NCBI GenBank assembly: GCA_963787255.1 | Contig: CAWBCJ010000010.1 | Coordinates: forward strand, 1 to 64,000 | DNA length: 64,000 bases | Source of the DNA: Methanobacteriota archaeon | GTDB taxonomy: Archaea; Methanobacteriota; Methanobacteria; Methanobacteriales; Methanobacteriaceae | Reading direction: 5' to 3' | Part shown: one piece after another, positions 1-10,140 of the stretch | How positions within the stretch are numbered: position 1 is the stretch's first letter | How the letters are laid out: each line of letters starts with the position of its first letter | Notes under the pieces: generated by a model | Told to the model about the DNA's origin: nothing | Database searches by the model: none | Seen by the model: the letters and a program-made list of their open reading frames with translations, nothing else | Program-made: the position numbers and the translations under genes

Positions 1-197
1 ATTAACTTTCAGAAATATTTGGGGTAATAAGAATTAAAAACAGACCTAATGAAAGACCTTGAGAAAAAAAGACTATATCAACGAAGTAATTAAGTTTTAG
101 AGAACGTTTTAAGATAGCTAAAGATTCTATTTAAGAAATATCTCATTTATACATTTCTATTTACCCCTCCTTTTAAAACATATAGAAGTCGTTTACT

Positions 198-765
198 ATG
201 CTTAAATTATCTACAAAGCAACTTATGGCCTTAATATTAATCATTGTATTAATTGCAGCAATTCTTATATTTACATTCATATATGGTTATAATACTGTTT
301 TAGATTATTTAAAAAATCAGTATGCTGAAATTATAATAGCTGTTATACTGGCTATAATAGCGGGATTAATTATAGAATATATATACAGATATTTTTCACC
401 AAAATCAAAGATTTTAAATACCACAATGACTCACAAACCCAATAAAAATGGAGTTTTTGCTAAATTAATCCTTCCAAACAATAATAATATAATAGTTACT
501 GGTGCTGAACGAATAATGGGCAGGGAAGATTTTTTGGGGATTGTTCCAACAGATAAACTACTTTTTATTGGAAAAGATCATTTTAAAATCACTAACATGG
601 AGAATGGGTTTTATATTGAAGATTTAGACACAAAAAACGGAACATTTGTTAATAATGATAAATTACAAGCCTTTAAGAAAGAGAAAACTCAATAATGGGG
701 ATGAAATAGTAATAGCAAATCTGCACATTAAATATTTTGAAAAAAGCCATATAAGGTCAGATTAA
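198..765 (+). CDS. Membrane-anchored FHA-domain protein (frameshift near 690)
   Basis: Two N-terminal TM segments, then FHA motifs GR...H...DLDTKNGTFVN. The ORF stops at 695, but the FHA C-terminus (KLNNGDEIVIANLHIKYFE) continues in another frame to TAA at 765. Confidence 0.75.
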
Positions 766-984
766 TGGATTAAGTAGTGTAATCCTACTTGAATACATAA
801 TTATTACTTCTTTTTGATTATTTCTTTAATTGGAAAAATCAAATCATCAAAGCAAATTCTGTTAGATAATAAGAATGTATAACTGTTGATTTAATGAGTA
901 ACTCAAATAAAATAACTGCTTTGATAGATTTTCATGCGTAAATGCAAAATTTATTAAATTCTTTAAAGATTAGAAATTTGTTAT

Positions 985-1260
985 TTCAATAAAACTATCA
1001 ATGCGCTTAATTGTATAAGATTGATGCTTAAAACTGGTAATCCCATTCCCGGACCCTGGAAATCCTTCTGTAAGCAGGAAAATATGAAAATCGCATTTTG
1101 CATTATAAGTAGAAGTGCAAAGAAGACCAGCCCTGAACTAAAGCTTTATTTTCAGTCTTCTGTAACTGGAAATGTACACTAGAAGCAGCAGAAAAAGTAA
1201 TATTATGTTTATCGCCCCGATTAAAGCTGCAATAACTGTCTAGGCCCGGATCGTAAACGG
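985..1260 (-). pseudogene. Broken small membrane protein downstream of an ArsR-type HTH gene
   Basis: Manual minus-strand translation gives hydrophobic pieces (IAALIGAINIILLFLLLLVYISSYRRLK / GLVFFALLLIMQNAIF / GMGLPVLSINLIQLSALIVLLK) interrupted by frameshifts and stops. Confidence 0.5.
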
Positions 1261-1270
1261 CAGTTCACGT

Positions 1271-1550
1271 TCAATTGCTCTCTCCAAAATGTCCGTCGTG
1301 ATTCACGCCATGACCTTCTACTGTTTCTATTTCATTCCATATATGCTTAAAAAGTTCATAATTATTTTCCAGTTGCGATGAAAGGAAATACATAGCTCCA
1401 TATTTCCCTCCGGAAGCTTGAATTATTTGGTTATCTTCTAATATTTTTATGTGATATCTTACGGTTTTGTAATCAGTATTTAATTTTTCTGATAGTTTAT
1501 TTGCATTGTAGGGTCTTTCATGAAGGGCGCTTATAATTCGAGCCGATTGG
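1271..1550 (-). CDS. ArsR-like winged-helix transcriptional regulator (C-terminal part of ORF 1271..2323; native start not evident)
   Basis: ARIISALHERPYNANKLSEKLNTDYKTVRYHIKILEDNQII...GKYGAMYFLS is a typical archaeal ArsR/wHTH sequence. Confidence 0.75.
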
Positions 1551-1739
1551 ACTCCTATCTTATGAACGAGTAAATAAGTCAACGTTGCAGAGAATCTTTT
1601 TACAGTATCACCAAAATGGGTTTTTTTATAAAAAACAAAAATCTCATTAATAGGTACTCTTTTGCGTGTAAATGGAACAAAATTATGGCATAGGGGAACA
1701 AAAAAAAAAGAATAAGCAGATAATGGTTTATTTGGAGAT

Positions 1740-2441
1740 ATATTTATTGATTTTTCGTCATCATTCTTTTCCGAACGGGATTTAAAGCCGAACAATACTT
1801 TAAACATATTTTTAAATGGCTTTCTGTAAATGTGTATGTGAATTAGAGTTCTGACAACCATCAAAATTGCCAGTTCTGCATGCCAGTAAGTTATGGCTGG
1901 ATTGTAAATGGTTGAAATTCCCAAATTTATCATAAGAGTTAATAAAACTCCTGTTACTCCTGTTCCGAGGTAACCTCCTACAAGTAGTAAATTCCAGATT
2001 CTTTTGTGCTTCTGGGGCTTTAGAATACCCTTTCGGAAAAGATAGTGAGTAAAAAAGTATCCACCGATAAGTAATAGAGTTATAGGAAGTACATGATAAT
2101 TGGAAGCGTCAGCAGGCGGTGCACCGCTGTCTAAACCTCCAATTCCAGGATCCTGGATTCGCACTGGCATTTGAAGGGTCTGAACTTCCATTTTGAACAT
2201 CTTGGACTCCACTACTAGTATCTGGTGCAGTATTTTGTGAACTTGAATGAGAATTAGTAGTAGGGGTGGTGCTTGTTGATGTGGCTGCAACGGACTGTGA
2301 TAGGTCGCATATTCCATCTCCATTTATATCTATATAACGGGAACACTGTCCGGGATATGGATCATTTACTAAACCATAAGGGCAACCTCCTGCACAGGCA
2401 CCTGACATTGTGGATGCTGCAATTAGCGGGGCAGTTGCCAA
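1740..2441 (-). CDS. Exported Cys-rich/Ca-binding domain + Ser/Thr linker + 3-TM His-rich (DUF4405-like) domain; frameshift near 2150
   Basis: ORF 2109..2441 gives a signal-like segment, [29 protein letters not shown] and an S/T linker. ORF 1271..2323 continues with NYHVLPITL...KHKRIWN...YWHAE...LIHIH. The 3' boundary is approximate. Confidence 0.65.
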
Positions 2442-2526
2442 AGTTCCAAGTATTTTCTGTTTATTTGGTGAGATTTGTTGATCAATGAAGATTTCAAATC
2501 AAATAATGATTTTTTTATTTTCTTTT

Positions 2527-2859
2527 TTATGTTCTCACCTTTTTTTTACTGCCCAAAAACGTTCTTTTAGTTCCTTTCAAGTATATGTGATGATGAAATA
2601 CGGCCACTAATGCCAAAGTGATTCCAAGTTCCACATGCCAGTACATTAACCCAAAACTGATAGGGAGAACAATTCCAAGCTCTAATAATATAAGGAGTAA
2701 AAATCCGCCCCCTGCAGATATAAGAAATGCAATTCCTATTATAAAGTTCCATAGATTAACGTGGATTGATTTTTTTATTAATCTCTTTTTGTAGAGGGCG
2801 TAAGTGCCCAGATAACCTGCTAAAAAAGGTATGGAAGGTAAAATAATGTCATAAACCAT
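2527..2859 (-). CDS. Small 3-TM His-rich membrane protein (DUF4405/cytochrome-b-like)
   Basis: 110 aa; motifs IHVNLWN and YWHVELGITLALVAVFHHH; GAGGA RBS-like sequence upstream; paralogous to three other ORFs in the window. Confidence 0.75.
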   Translation of the reverse strand: MVYDIILPSIPFLAGYLGTYALYKKRLIKKSIHVNLWNFIIGIAFLISAGGGFLLLILLELGIVLPISFGLMYWHVELGITLALVAVFHHHIYLKGTKRTFLGSKKKVRT

Positions 2860-3147
2860 GAATAATCCTCATTATTTTTTATTTTTTTTAAATGGACTGT
2901 ATTATGTAGATTAAAATAGATCAGGATAATAAAAATAGTTTTTCCAGAATTAATCCCATTTTTCTCCCAAATTTATACCCAATTTTTAAAAGATGATCAA
3001 ATAAAATTAATCTATATTTATTCAAAAGGAGAATTATTTTAAATAAAAATTTGAATTATTGGTGTAGATTTAATATTTAGTTAAGTTATCAAATTTAACC
3101 ACAAAGAACCACTTGCAGAACCGGTTTTACCCGATAAAAATCAGTTT

Positions 3148-3402
3148 GTGATAATGGATAGCCGAAGAGTTTTTGGAAGAGAAGATTTTTTAGGCATATT
3201 GGTGTCTGATAAACTTTTTTTTATAGGTAAAAAACATTTTGAAATTACTAAAACGGACAATGGATTTTATATAAAAGATTTAGATACAAAAAATGGAACG
3301 AAGCTAAATAATGAAGATATTGGAGGGCTTGGAAAGAAAAAATTAGAAGACAGCGACGAAATATGCATTGCCAATGTCTTGAAAATCAAATATTATGAAT
3401 AA
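3148..3402 (+). CDS. Stand-alone or truncated FHA-domain protein
   Basis: GREDFLG...KHFEI...DLDTKNGT; clear paralog of the FHA domain at 198..765. Confidence 0.7.
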   Translation: MIMDSRRVFGREDFLGILVSDKLFFIGKKHFEITKTDNGFYIKDLDTKNGTKLNNEDIGGLGKKKLEDSDEICIANVLKIKYYE

Positions 3403-3428
3403 AAAAACTAAACCTTATTTTTATTCGT

Positions 3429-4183
3429 TTATTTACCAACCGGGGCTATATAAATGGCAAATTCATCATCACCATCCAGTTGGAGTAATTTATCCAGATA
3501 TTCCTGATCATAAGCTGCAATTGCACAGGTACCTGCACCTATGGCTTCACATGCTAGATATAGATTCTGTCCCACATGGCCAGCGTCAAGGGCAATTTCT
3601 TTATATGATGCTAATCCATATCGCCATTCCATTCGATAGGGTATTGCACTCCAAATGAATGTTAAAGCACCACTTCCAGCAAATATCTGACCCATTGTTG
3701 AGCGTATAATTTTTTCTCTAAGATTATCTTCGTCTATTTCAAAAATTAACTCGTGAGATAAAGGTAAATAACGATAAATGCCAGGATTTACATCTTCAAC
3801 GTTGAAAATGGCAAGATATGTTTCCAAGGCATGTCTGCACCCTGCTGATGGAACAATACGGAAAGCATTTGCTCCGGAAATAAAGCGCACTCCTTGCGTA
3901 GCCCAGAGTAAAAATGATAATTCTTCAAGAGTTATTGGTTCTTTTGAGTATTTTCTCTGCTTTCTCTGTTTTCCATGGCGTCGGTCAATTTTATGTCAAA
4001 TCTATCCTCCCAGTCAACAACTGGAAGCTTTATCTTCTCTGCATCGGTAGAATAAGGCTTTTCTAAAGGTGGTGGCGCTATTCCTTTATTTTGATCAGTG
4101 TATGCAAAGTTAATGGTTTTACGAATAGTGTCTTTTAAAAAGTAACGGCTTTTCTTTACTAATTTTTCATAATCGTCTTCCAT
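3429..4183 (-). CDS. SagB/ThcOx-family nitroreductase-like dehydrogenase (frameshift near 3955)
   Basis: N-terminal half 3932..4183 (TDQNKGIAPPPLEKP...ENRESR) and C-terminal half 3429..3890 (RIVPSAG, LDAGHVGQNLYLACEAIGAGTCAIAAYD) join into one flavoprotein. Confidence 0.85.
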
Positions 4184-4304
4184 TACAATTTTCCTCCAAA
4201 TGAATCTTTGAAAAATATTTTTTAAATTATTATATCTATTAATTTGAATTTGATTCTATAAATTTATTTTTAAAACATAAAATTCATTATTTTAAAAAAA
4301 ACCG

Positions 4305-4329
4305 TCATTGAAGAGCTTTTATTCAATGA
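4305..4329. promoter_or_regulatory. Inverted repeat, candidate operator between divergent genes
   Basis: TCATTGAA-N9-TTCAATGA, perfect 8-bp arms. Confidence 0.35.
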
Positions 4330-4462
4330 AATATCTAAATTAGAATTTCGAATTAAAATACGGTATTAGGATAAATTATTTTCATGCAAACAGATTAATA
4401 TTTGTAGATATAAAAATAATTAATAGAATTTTGAGAGGATCAGTTTATAATATGGTGTTAAG

Positions 4463-5176
4463 GTGTTGAACATGATTTCCGAAGAACAGTTGGAAAAAAT
4501 GAGAGATGAAAATAATATTGAGGGTCTAGTTAGTGCCTTAAGGGATGAAGATCATAAAACAAGGGAAAATGCTGCATATATCTTGGCAGATTTAGGTGAT
4601 AAAAACGCTGTTGAACCACTTTTAGGTATTTTAGATGATGAGCACTGGCCTGTTCGTAAGGCCGCAGCACTTGCTCTTGGAAGAATCGGGGATGAAAGGG
4701 CTGTTGAACCATTAATAGTTCTTTTAAGGGATAGTTACTGGCATGTGAGGGAAATAGCGGCCATGTCTCTTGGTTTAATAGGTGATAAACGCGCAGTTGA
4801 ACCAATTATTCAGGCATTAAAAGATGGATGTTTAAATGTTAAATGTGAAGTTGTTGATGTTCTGGGAGATTTAGGGGATACAAAAGCTGTAGAACCATTA
4901 ATGGGAATATTAAATGAAAAAGATTACCTTTTAAGGGCATGTACTGTTAACTCTCTTGGAAAACTAGGGGATGATAAGGCTATTGTTTCACTGGCAAGTA
5001 CATTAAATGATGAAAACTATTTTGTAAGGGTTAATGCAGCTAATGCTCTTGGAATGATAGGAAATAAATCTGCACTTCCTTATCTTGAGTCTGCACTTGA
5101 AAATTCAAAGGGAGAATCTCAGGAATTTGAAAATGCCTTGAAAAATGCAATGGATAAAATTAAAGCGCGTGATTAA
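4463..5176 (+). CDS. HEAT/PBS-lyase repeat protein
   Basis: Six ~31-aa repeats of type VR..AA..LG.IGD.RAVEPL...L.D. Confidence 0.9.
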   Translation: MLNMISEEQLEKMRDENNIEGLVSALRDEDHKTRENAAYILADLGDKNAVEPLLGILDDEHWPVRKAAALALGRIGDERAVEPLIVLLRDSYWHVREIAAMSLGLIGDKRAVEPIIQALKDGCLNVKCEVVDVLGDLGDTKAVEPLMGILNEKDYLLRACTVNSLGKLGDDKAIVSLASTLNDENYFVRVNAANALGMIGNKSALPYLESALENSKGESQEFENALKNAMDKIKARD

Positions 5177-5189
5177 ATTATTATTGTTT

Positions 5190-6060
5190 TTAAGATAAAA
5201 TAAAGCCAATGGAAGCAAAAATCATCACTGAACACATTAAAAACGAGCTTGACATTGGACTATCCTCAAATCTAATTATTGACCATAAAGCAAAGGGAAT
5301 AGTTAAAAAAATTGCAATTACCACTTGCATGGGAACTAAAAACACTAAAAATACTGAAATTCCGTAAATAAGTCCTGTAAAAAGAGAATGAGCAGATCTA
5401 ACATTTTTACCTAAATTAACAACCATAGTTTTCTTACCAACAGATTCATCAGCTTTTCTATCTGCCCAGTGGACCCCTAAAAGGTTTACAAAAACTGCCA
5501 GAACAATGGGGATTAATATTATTATTTCTTCTAAATTAAAACCGCCTGTTTGGGGAATATAAGCAATGAGGGGCATTAAAAAACCGCCTAAAAGCGCGTT
5601 ATCAATTTCTCCCCATGAACTTCTCTCCAGGCGCAGCGGAGGCATAGAATAAAACCATCCTCCAATTAAACCTATTGCAACAATTAAAACTCCAGATAGG
5701 GATAAATATTTAAAATAAAATGATAAAAATGTTAAAATTATAGTTAAAACTATTAATATAATCGCTGAATTTAATGCCCATGATTTAGGCACAATTTTGG
5801 AAGGTAGGACTCCACTACCTCCAGAAAACCACGTTCGACGAGTTATGGTATCAGTGTCAACATCAGCATATTCGTTGGCATAATGTGCCGCTAAAGTGGC
5901 AGAAACAAGGATAGCAAGCCCTATAAATGCTTTAAATGGATCTGAGAAATCCTAGATCATAATAGGCCAGGGATAATCCTAAGGAATAGGCAATTAATCC
6001 CGAAATCAGCACGAAGAATCTTCCCATCCTAATAAGCGCTATTAGTTGTTTTTTTTCCAT
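5190..6060 (-). CDS. UbiA/MenA-like prenyltransferase (frameshift near 5945)
   Basis: Upstream of the called ORF the minus strand reads MEKKQLIALIRMGRFF... then HYANEYADVDTD...FSGGSGVL; second motif ADRKADESVGKKT; multiple TM helices. Confidence 0.8.
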
Positions 6061-6325
6061 AAATTGTTCCCTGAATATGATTTATATAATATAATGGATA
6101 ATAAATGTTAGTAAATAATTTTGACATTTGAATGATATTATCATTTTTTATGGTTATTGAAGCCAGATAATGAAGCTATAATTTGTTCTAACTAATTTAA
6201 CATTGATTAAATGTTAAAAGTAATATTTGAAGAGTATACATAAATTTAAATTATGGAGAAGAATATAGATGCTATAAGTATAAATTTAGCAAAAAGTTAA
6301 TATTTTTTTACATTTTAATGGAATA

Positions 6326-7366
6326 GTGAAAGCGGAGAAAACTATTTTGAGGTCTATTTATATTTTTATCATTGGTTTGGTGCTATTAGCAGTCTTTATT
6401 TTATGGATAGGCCCTGTAAATTTATATTACACTATTAAAGATATCAATAAAGTGTATTTAGCTGCTGCAATTGCTGTTTATCTTTTAGCAGTATTTGTAA
6501 AGTCCATAAGATGGGGATTCATAATAAATAAGCCCACCGAATTTAAAAATAATTTTGTGGTAAGGACTATTGGTCTTTTGGGAAGTAATTTAAGTCCTAT
6601 GAGAACTGGCGGAATAGCTTTAACTGCTATTGCAGGTAAGAAAATAAATAAAATCAGCTTACATGAGGGTTTATCTGCGGGACTTACTGAAAGGTTTGCT
6701 GATTTAATAATCGTGGCACTTTTACTAGTTGTATCTGCAGTTTTCGTGGAAAAAGTTCGTATAATCGCTTTAATAGGCTCGGGTTTAATATTAATAACTT
6801 TAATTGTTATTTATTTTTTAAACTGGAGAGAAGGTTCCAGCATATGGCTGTATGAAAAAATCCATTTTATTTTATCAAAATTGCCTATTAATGAGTCTTA
6901 TCTGGACAATTTATACCATAAAGTTGTTGAAGGGTTAAAAGGAATGGTAAAATATACTCGATCTTACAGCAACAGTAAAAATATGTCTGTTGTGTTAATT
7001 TTAACAATTATTTCCTGGATTTTGGAGTGTTTACGCCTTTTACTTGTCTGTTATGCTTTTAACATAGATATTAGTCTGGTTACAGCTATTTTAATATTGT
7101 TGCTTGCTAACATTGCAGGGGTTGTAACTGCACTTCCTGGAGGTATAGGTGCTGTAGAAATCTCAATAACAGGCCTGTGCATGCTTTTCGGAATTCCAGA
7201 AGCTGCAAGTGCAGGCATTGCCATTGTGGACAGATTCATATCATTCTGGCTCATAAACTTAATGGGAATTCTTTTTTCATTATTTTACGCAAAAGGAATT
7301 TTGGGAGACTTAAAAGGATATTTATCCACTATTAAAACTCCAAATAAACAAGTAAAAAACCGTTAA
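6326..7366 (+). CDS. UPF0104 / lysylphosphatidylglycerol-synthase TM-domain (flippase-like) protein
   Basis: Motifs RW, P..TGG, ER..D, PGGIGAVE and DRFISFW; about 8 TM. Confidence 0.85.
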   Translation: MKAEKTILRSIYIFIIGLVLLAVFILWIGPVNLYYTIKDINKVYLAAAIAVYLLAVFVKSIRWGFIINKPTEFKNNFVVRTIGLLGSNLSPMRTGGIALTAIAGKKINKISLHEGLSAGLTERFADLIIVALLLVVSAVFVEKVRIIALIGSGLILITLIVIYFLNWREGSSIWLYEKIHFILSKLPINESYLDNLYHKVVEGLKGMVKYTRSYSNSKNMSVVLILTIISWILECLRLLLVCYAFNIDISLVTAILILLLANIAGVVTALPGGIGAVEISITGLCMLFGIPEAASAGIAIVDRFISFWLINLMGILFSLFYAKGILGDLKGYLSTIKTPNKQVKNR

Positions 7367-7371
7367 ATTGA

Positions 7372-8220
7372 TTAGCTTTTTAACTTAAACTTAATCCTGC
7401 CAGCTAGGGATTTATTCACGAGCGGAACTCGGGTTAAAGTTCTTACATCTGCTTTTTGCAGTTCTTCAACGCTTTTAAACTTATTAAATATATTTTCGCT
7501 AATTTTAATGCCTATTCCATGTATATCCTTTAAAATTAGCCATATTTTTGTTCTTTCCGTGTTTTGAGCCCATTCCCAGAAGTCTTCAATGTTTTTATAG
7601 GCTAAACCCTTATAATAATTACCATTATGAGCTAGATAATGACATTCAGTACATAATACGACTAGATTACTGGGATCGTTTAGTTCCTTTATAGAAGAAC
7701 CCATAATAGGCATGATGTGGTGTACTTCAAGCCTTTCAGTGTAGCCACAGGCAATGCATGAATTATTGTCCCTCTTAAAGACATGATTCTTTGTTTTTTT
7801 ACTTAAATGAGATTGTTTCTCTTTCTGCTCTACCCTGCCATCAATGAAGTAAAATTGCCTTGCATAGCTTTTACTGCAATTAACAGACCTTACAATTTCT
7901 GAAGTGCTTATTTCATCATGAAATTTCTCTTTTAAGGCAATAATTTTATCCTTTTTAAGATTGCTTTTGCAAAAATAATTTAAATAATCAATATAAAGTT
8001 CATCTAAACTATCTTTAATAGATTCAAGTTCACCTAAAAAAAATTTAAACTCTTCAGTATTTTCCAGTTTCTCTATGATTTCTAATTCCTCAGCACATTC
8101 CATACTGTCTTTTAAATTTAAGTCTAAATAGTTTTGCGTGAAATTCCATATTTCATCTAAAACATTGCATTTTTTTTCTTTGAGCTTTTGATGAAGATCT
8201 TCATGATCCATAAAATCCAT
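7372..8220 (-). CDS. HNH endonuclease with C-terminal helix-hairpin-helix domain
   Basis: RDNNSCIACG...LEVHHI.P...NLVVLCTECHYLAH followed by IHGIGIKISENIF...LTRVPLVNKSLA. Confidence 0.85.
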   Translation of the reverse strand: MDFMDHEDLHQKLKEKKCNVLDEIWNFTQNYLDLNLKDSMECAEELEIIEKLENTEEFKFFLGELESIKDSLDELYIDYLNYFCKSNLKKDKIIALKEKFHDEISTSEIVRSVNCSKSYARQFYFIDGRVEQKEKQSHLSKKTKNHVFKRDNNSCIACGYTERLEVHHIMPIMGSSIKELNDPSNLVVLCTECHYLAHNGNYYKGLAYKNIEDFWEWAQNTERTKIWLILKDIHGIGIKISENIFNKFKSVEELQKADVRTLTRVPLVNKSLAGRIKFKLKS

Positions 8221-8522
8221 GCTTTTAATATGAATGTTAAATTAATATAGTTTTCTAAAACTATAAAAATTCTTTAATTTGGATTTAAGTTTATAAACAT
8301 CCTTTTATTTATTTAATTAAATTTATTCATGCACATAAAAAAGGTTTAGATGGCATCTTTATGCTTTTTTAATATTTGTTTTATTATAAATTATGGAACT
8401 AATATAAAAATTTAGCAATAATAATGCATTTATTTTTAATAAAAAGTCAGGATGTAGCCTTGATTTTTATAATAATATTTTACCATATAATTAAATTAAA
8501 TAAAAAACAATAATAATATTTA

Positions 8523-9953
8523 ATGACTGAAGAATTAATACCTCAAAATTATTTAATTGATACTGAAATATCTCAGGAATACCAAGATGAAGTTCTAGAT
8601 TTCATACAGCAAAACTATCTTAAAGCACGTCCTGAATATTTTACAAATATCAAAAAATCAAGAAATAACGGAATAAATCAGCTTTCATTCATTTCCAGAG
8701 ATCCTAAAAACGATTTTAAAGTTGAAATAATAATTAAAGCAGGTAATCCTGTTGAAATAACATTAATTCCAGATAATGAAACTCCTGCTAGTTTCTTAGA
8801 ATCAATTAAAGGCGATATGTACTTTCTGATTCATTCATTTGAAGAAAACGTTCTTAGCTCAACACTTTACTTTTCATGGATTGAAGGAGAAGATATAATA
8901 CCTGAAGATCCGCCAACAGCCAAAAGAAAGGCAGGAGACAGGCTTTTTGGAAGCAGTTTACTTTTAATTTATATACTTTTTTTTGCAATTAACATCTTCC
9001 TATTTTTGTTGCTGGGACTGGTCTTTGCAGTAATTGCAATCCTCGGATTCCAGCTAATAATAGTAATATTTGCTAATAAAATTCTGGGAATGCGCAGCAA
9101 CTGGAAAATAACTCCTGAAAATCCTTATCTACACATATTGGAGTATCAGCTGCCTGTTGAAGAGTACGTTGAATTTCAGAAAAAATTTGGGAAGGATACA
9201 GTCCTTCAAATAAAAAACGAAATTTATAAAAGGACTTTGGCTGAGAAAAAGGAACCCACATGCGAGATTGGTGATGAAGTTTTAAGGAAATATGGATTTC
9301 ACTGCAATCCTTTAAGCAACGTTTATAAGGTAGTAAATGTCTACGATATTGTTAAAAAGGCCGCAGACAGCTTCGATCTGCCCACTCCAAAGATAACAAT
9401 AGCTAATACTATGATACCAAACGCTGCAGCAACAGGGCCAAGCCCAAAAAGAGGTTTGGTGCTAATTACAACTGGATTATTGGTTCATCTTAATGAAGAG
9501 GAAGCATTAACTGTTATTGGCCATGAAATGGGACATCTTCAAGGTAGGGATCCACTCTTATTGTTTGGTTTAATAGCAGGAGAATTTTTACTAAGATTTA
9601 CAGTATTATGGCCTATTGTCCTTATTAACCCCCTCCTATATTTAATTGCTGCATTTGCAGTAATTTTCTTTGTGGCTAAATTCTTTGAAACACGAGCAGA
9701 CCTTTTATCTGCCATTAAAATTGGAAAACCGGAAATACTTGCAGCAGCCCTTAGAAAAATAGCCTTTAAGCGGCTACAACTTGAAAGGGTTTCCAGATCA
9801 AAAATTCCAGGTTGGTTGGCCTTTGATCCTCATCCTCCAATTTATTTTAGAATAGATAGACTGGAAAGGATGAAAACTCCGGTAGATGTAAGAAATCCGC
9901 TTATACAATCGGCTAGAGACGTGGTTGGTGGTTTTATTGCAGCATTTAGATAA
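8523..9953 (+). CDS. M48 (HtpX-like) membrane zinc metalloprotease with N-terminal extension
   Basis: PNAAATG, HEMGH, E..AD and HPP motifs. Confidence 0.88.
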   Translation: MTEELIPQNYLIDTEISQEYQDEVLDFIQQNYLKARPEYFTNIKKSRNNGINQLSFISRDPKNDFKVEIIIKAGNPVEITLIPDNETPASFLESIKGDMYFLIHSFEENVLSSTLYFSWIEGEDIIPEDPPTAKRKAGDRLFGSSLLLIYILFFAINIFLFLLLGLVFAVIAILGFQLIIVIFANKILGMRSNWKITPENPYLHILEYQLPVEEYVEFQKKFGKDTVLQIKNEIYKRTLAEKKEPTCEIGDEVLRKYGFHCNPLSNVYKVVNVYDIVKKAADSFDLPTPKITIANTMIPNAAATGPSPKRGLVLITTGLLVHLNEEEALTVIGHEMGHLQGRDPLLLFGLIAGEFLLRFTVLWPIVLINPLLYLIAAFAVIFFVAKFFETRADLLSAIKIGKPEILAAALRKIAFKRLQLERVSRSKIPGWLAFDPHPPIYFRIDRLERMKTPVDVRNPLIQSARDVVGGFIAAFR

Positions 9954-10140
9954 ATTCAACCAAAAAAATATATTTTTGCTTTACTTTATTTAAATAATAC
10001 AGTATAAATATTAGGCAGTTCATGGATTTTTTAAGAAGAAATGAGATATTAGTTGAAATATAGGCTTATTTTATGATTGCCATTAAATAGATTAATTATC
10101 TACTTTAAGGATTATATATGACTAACGAGAAATCAATTAC

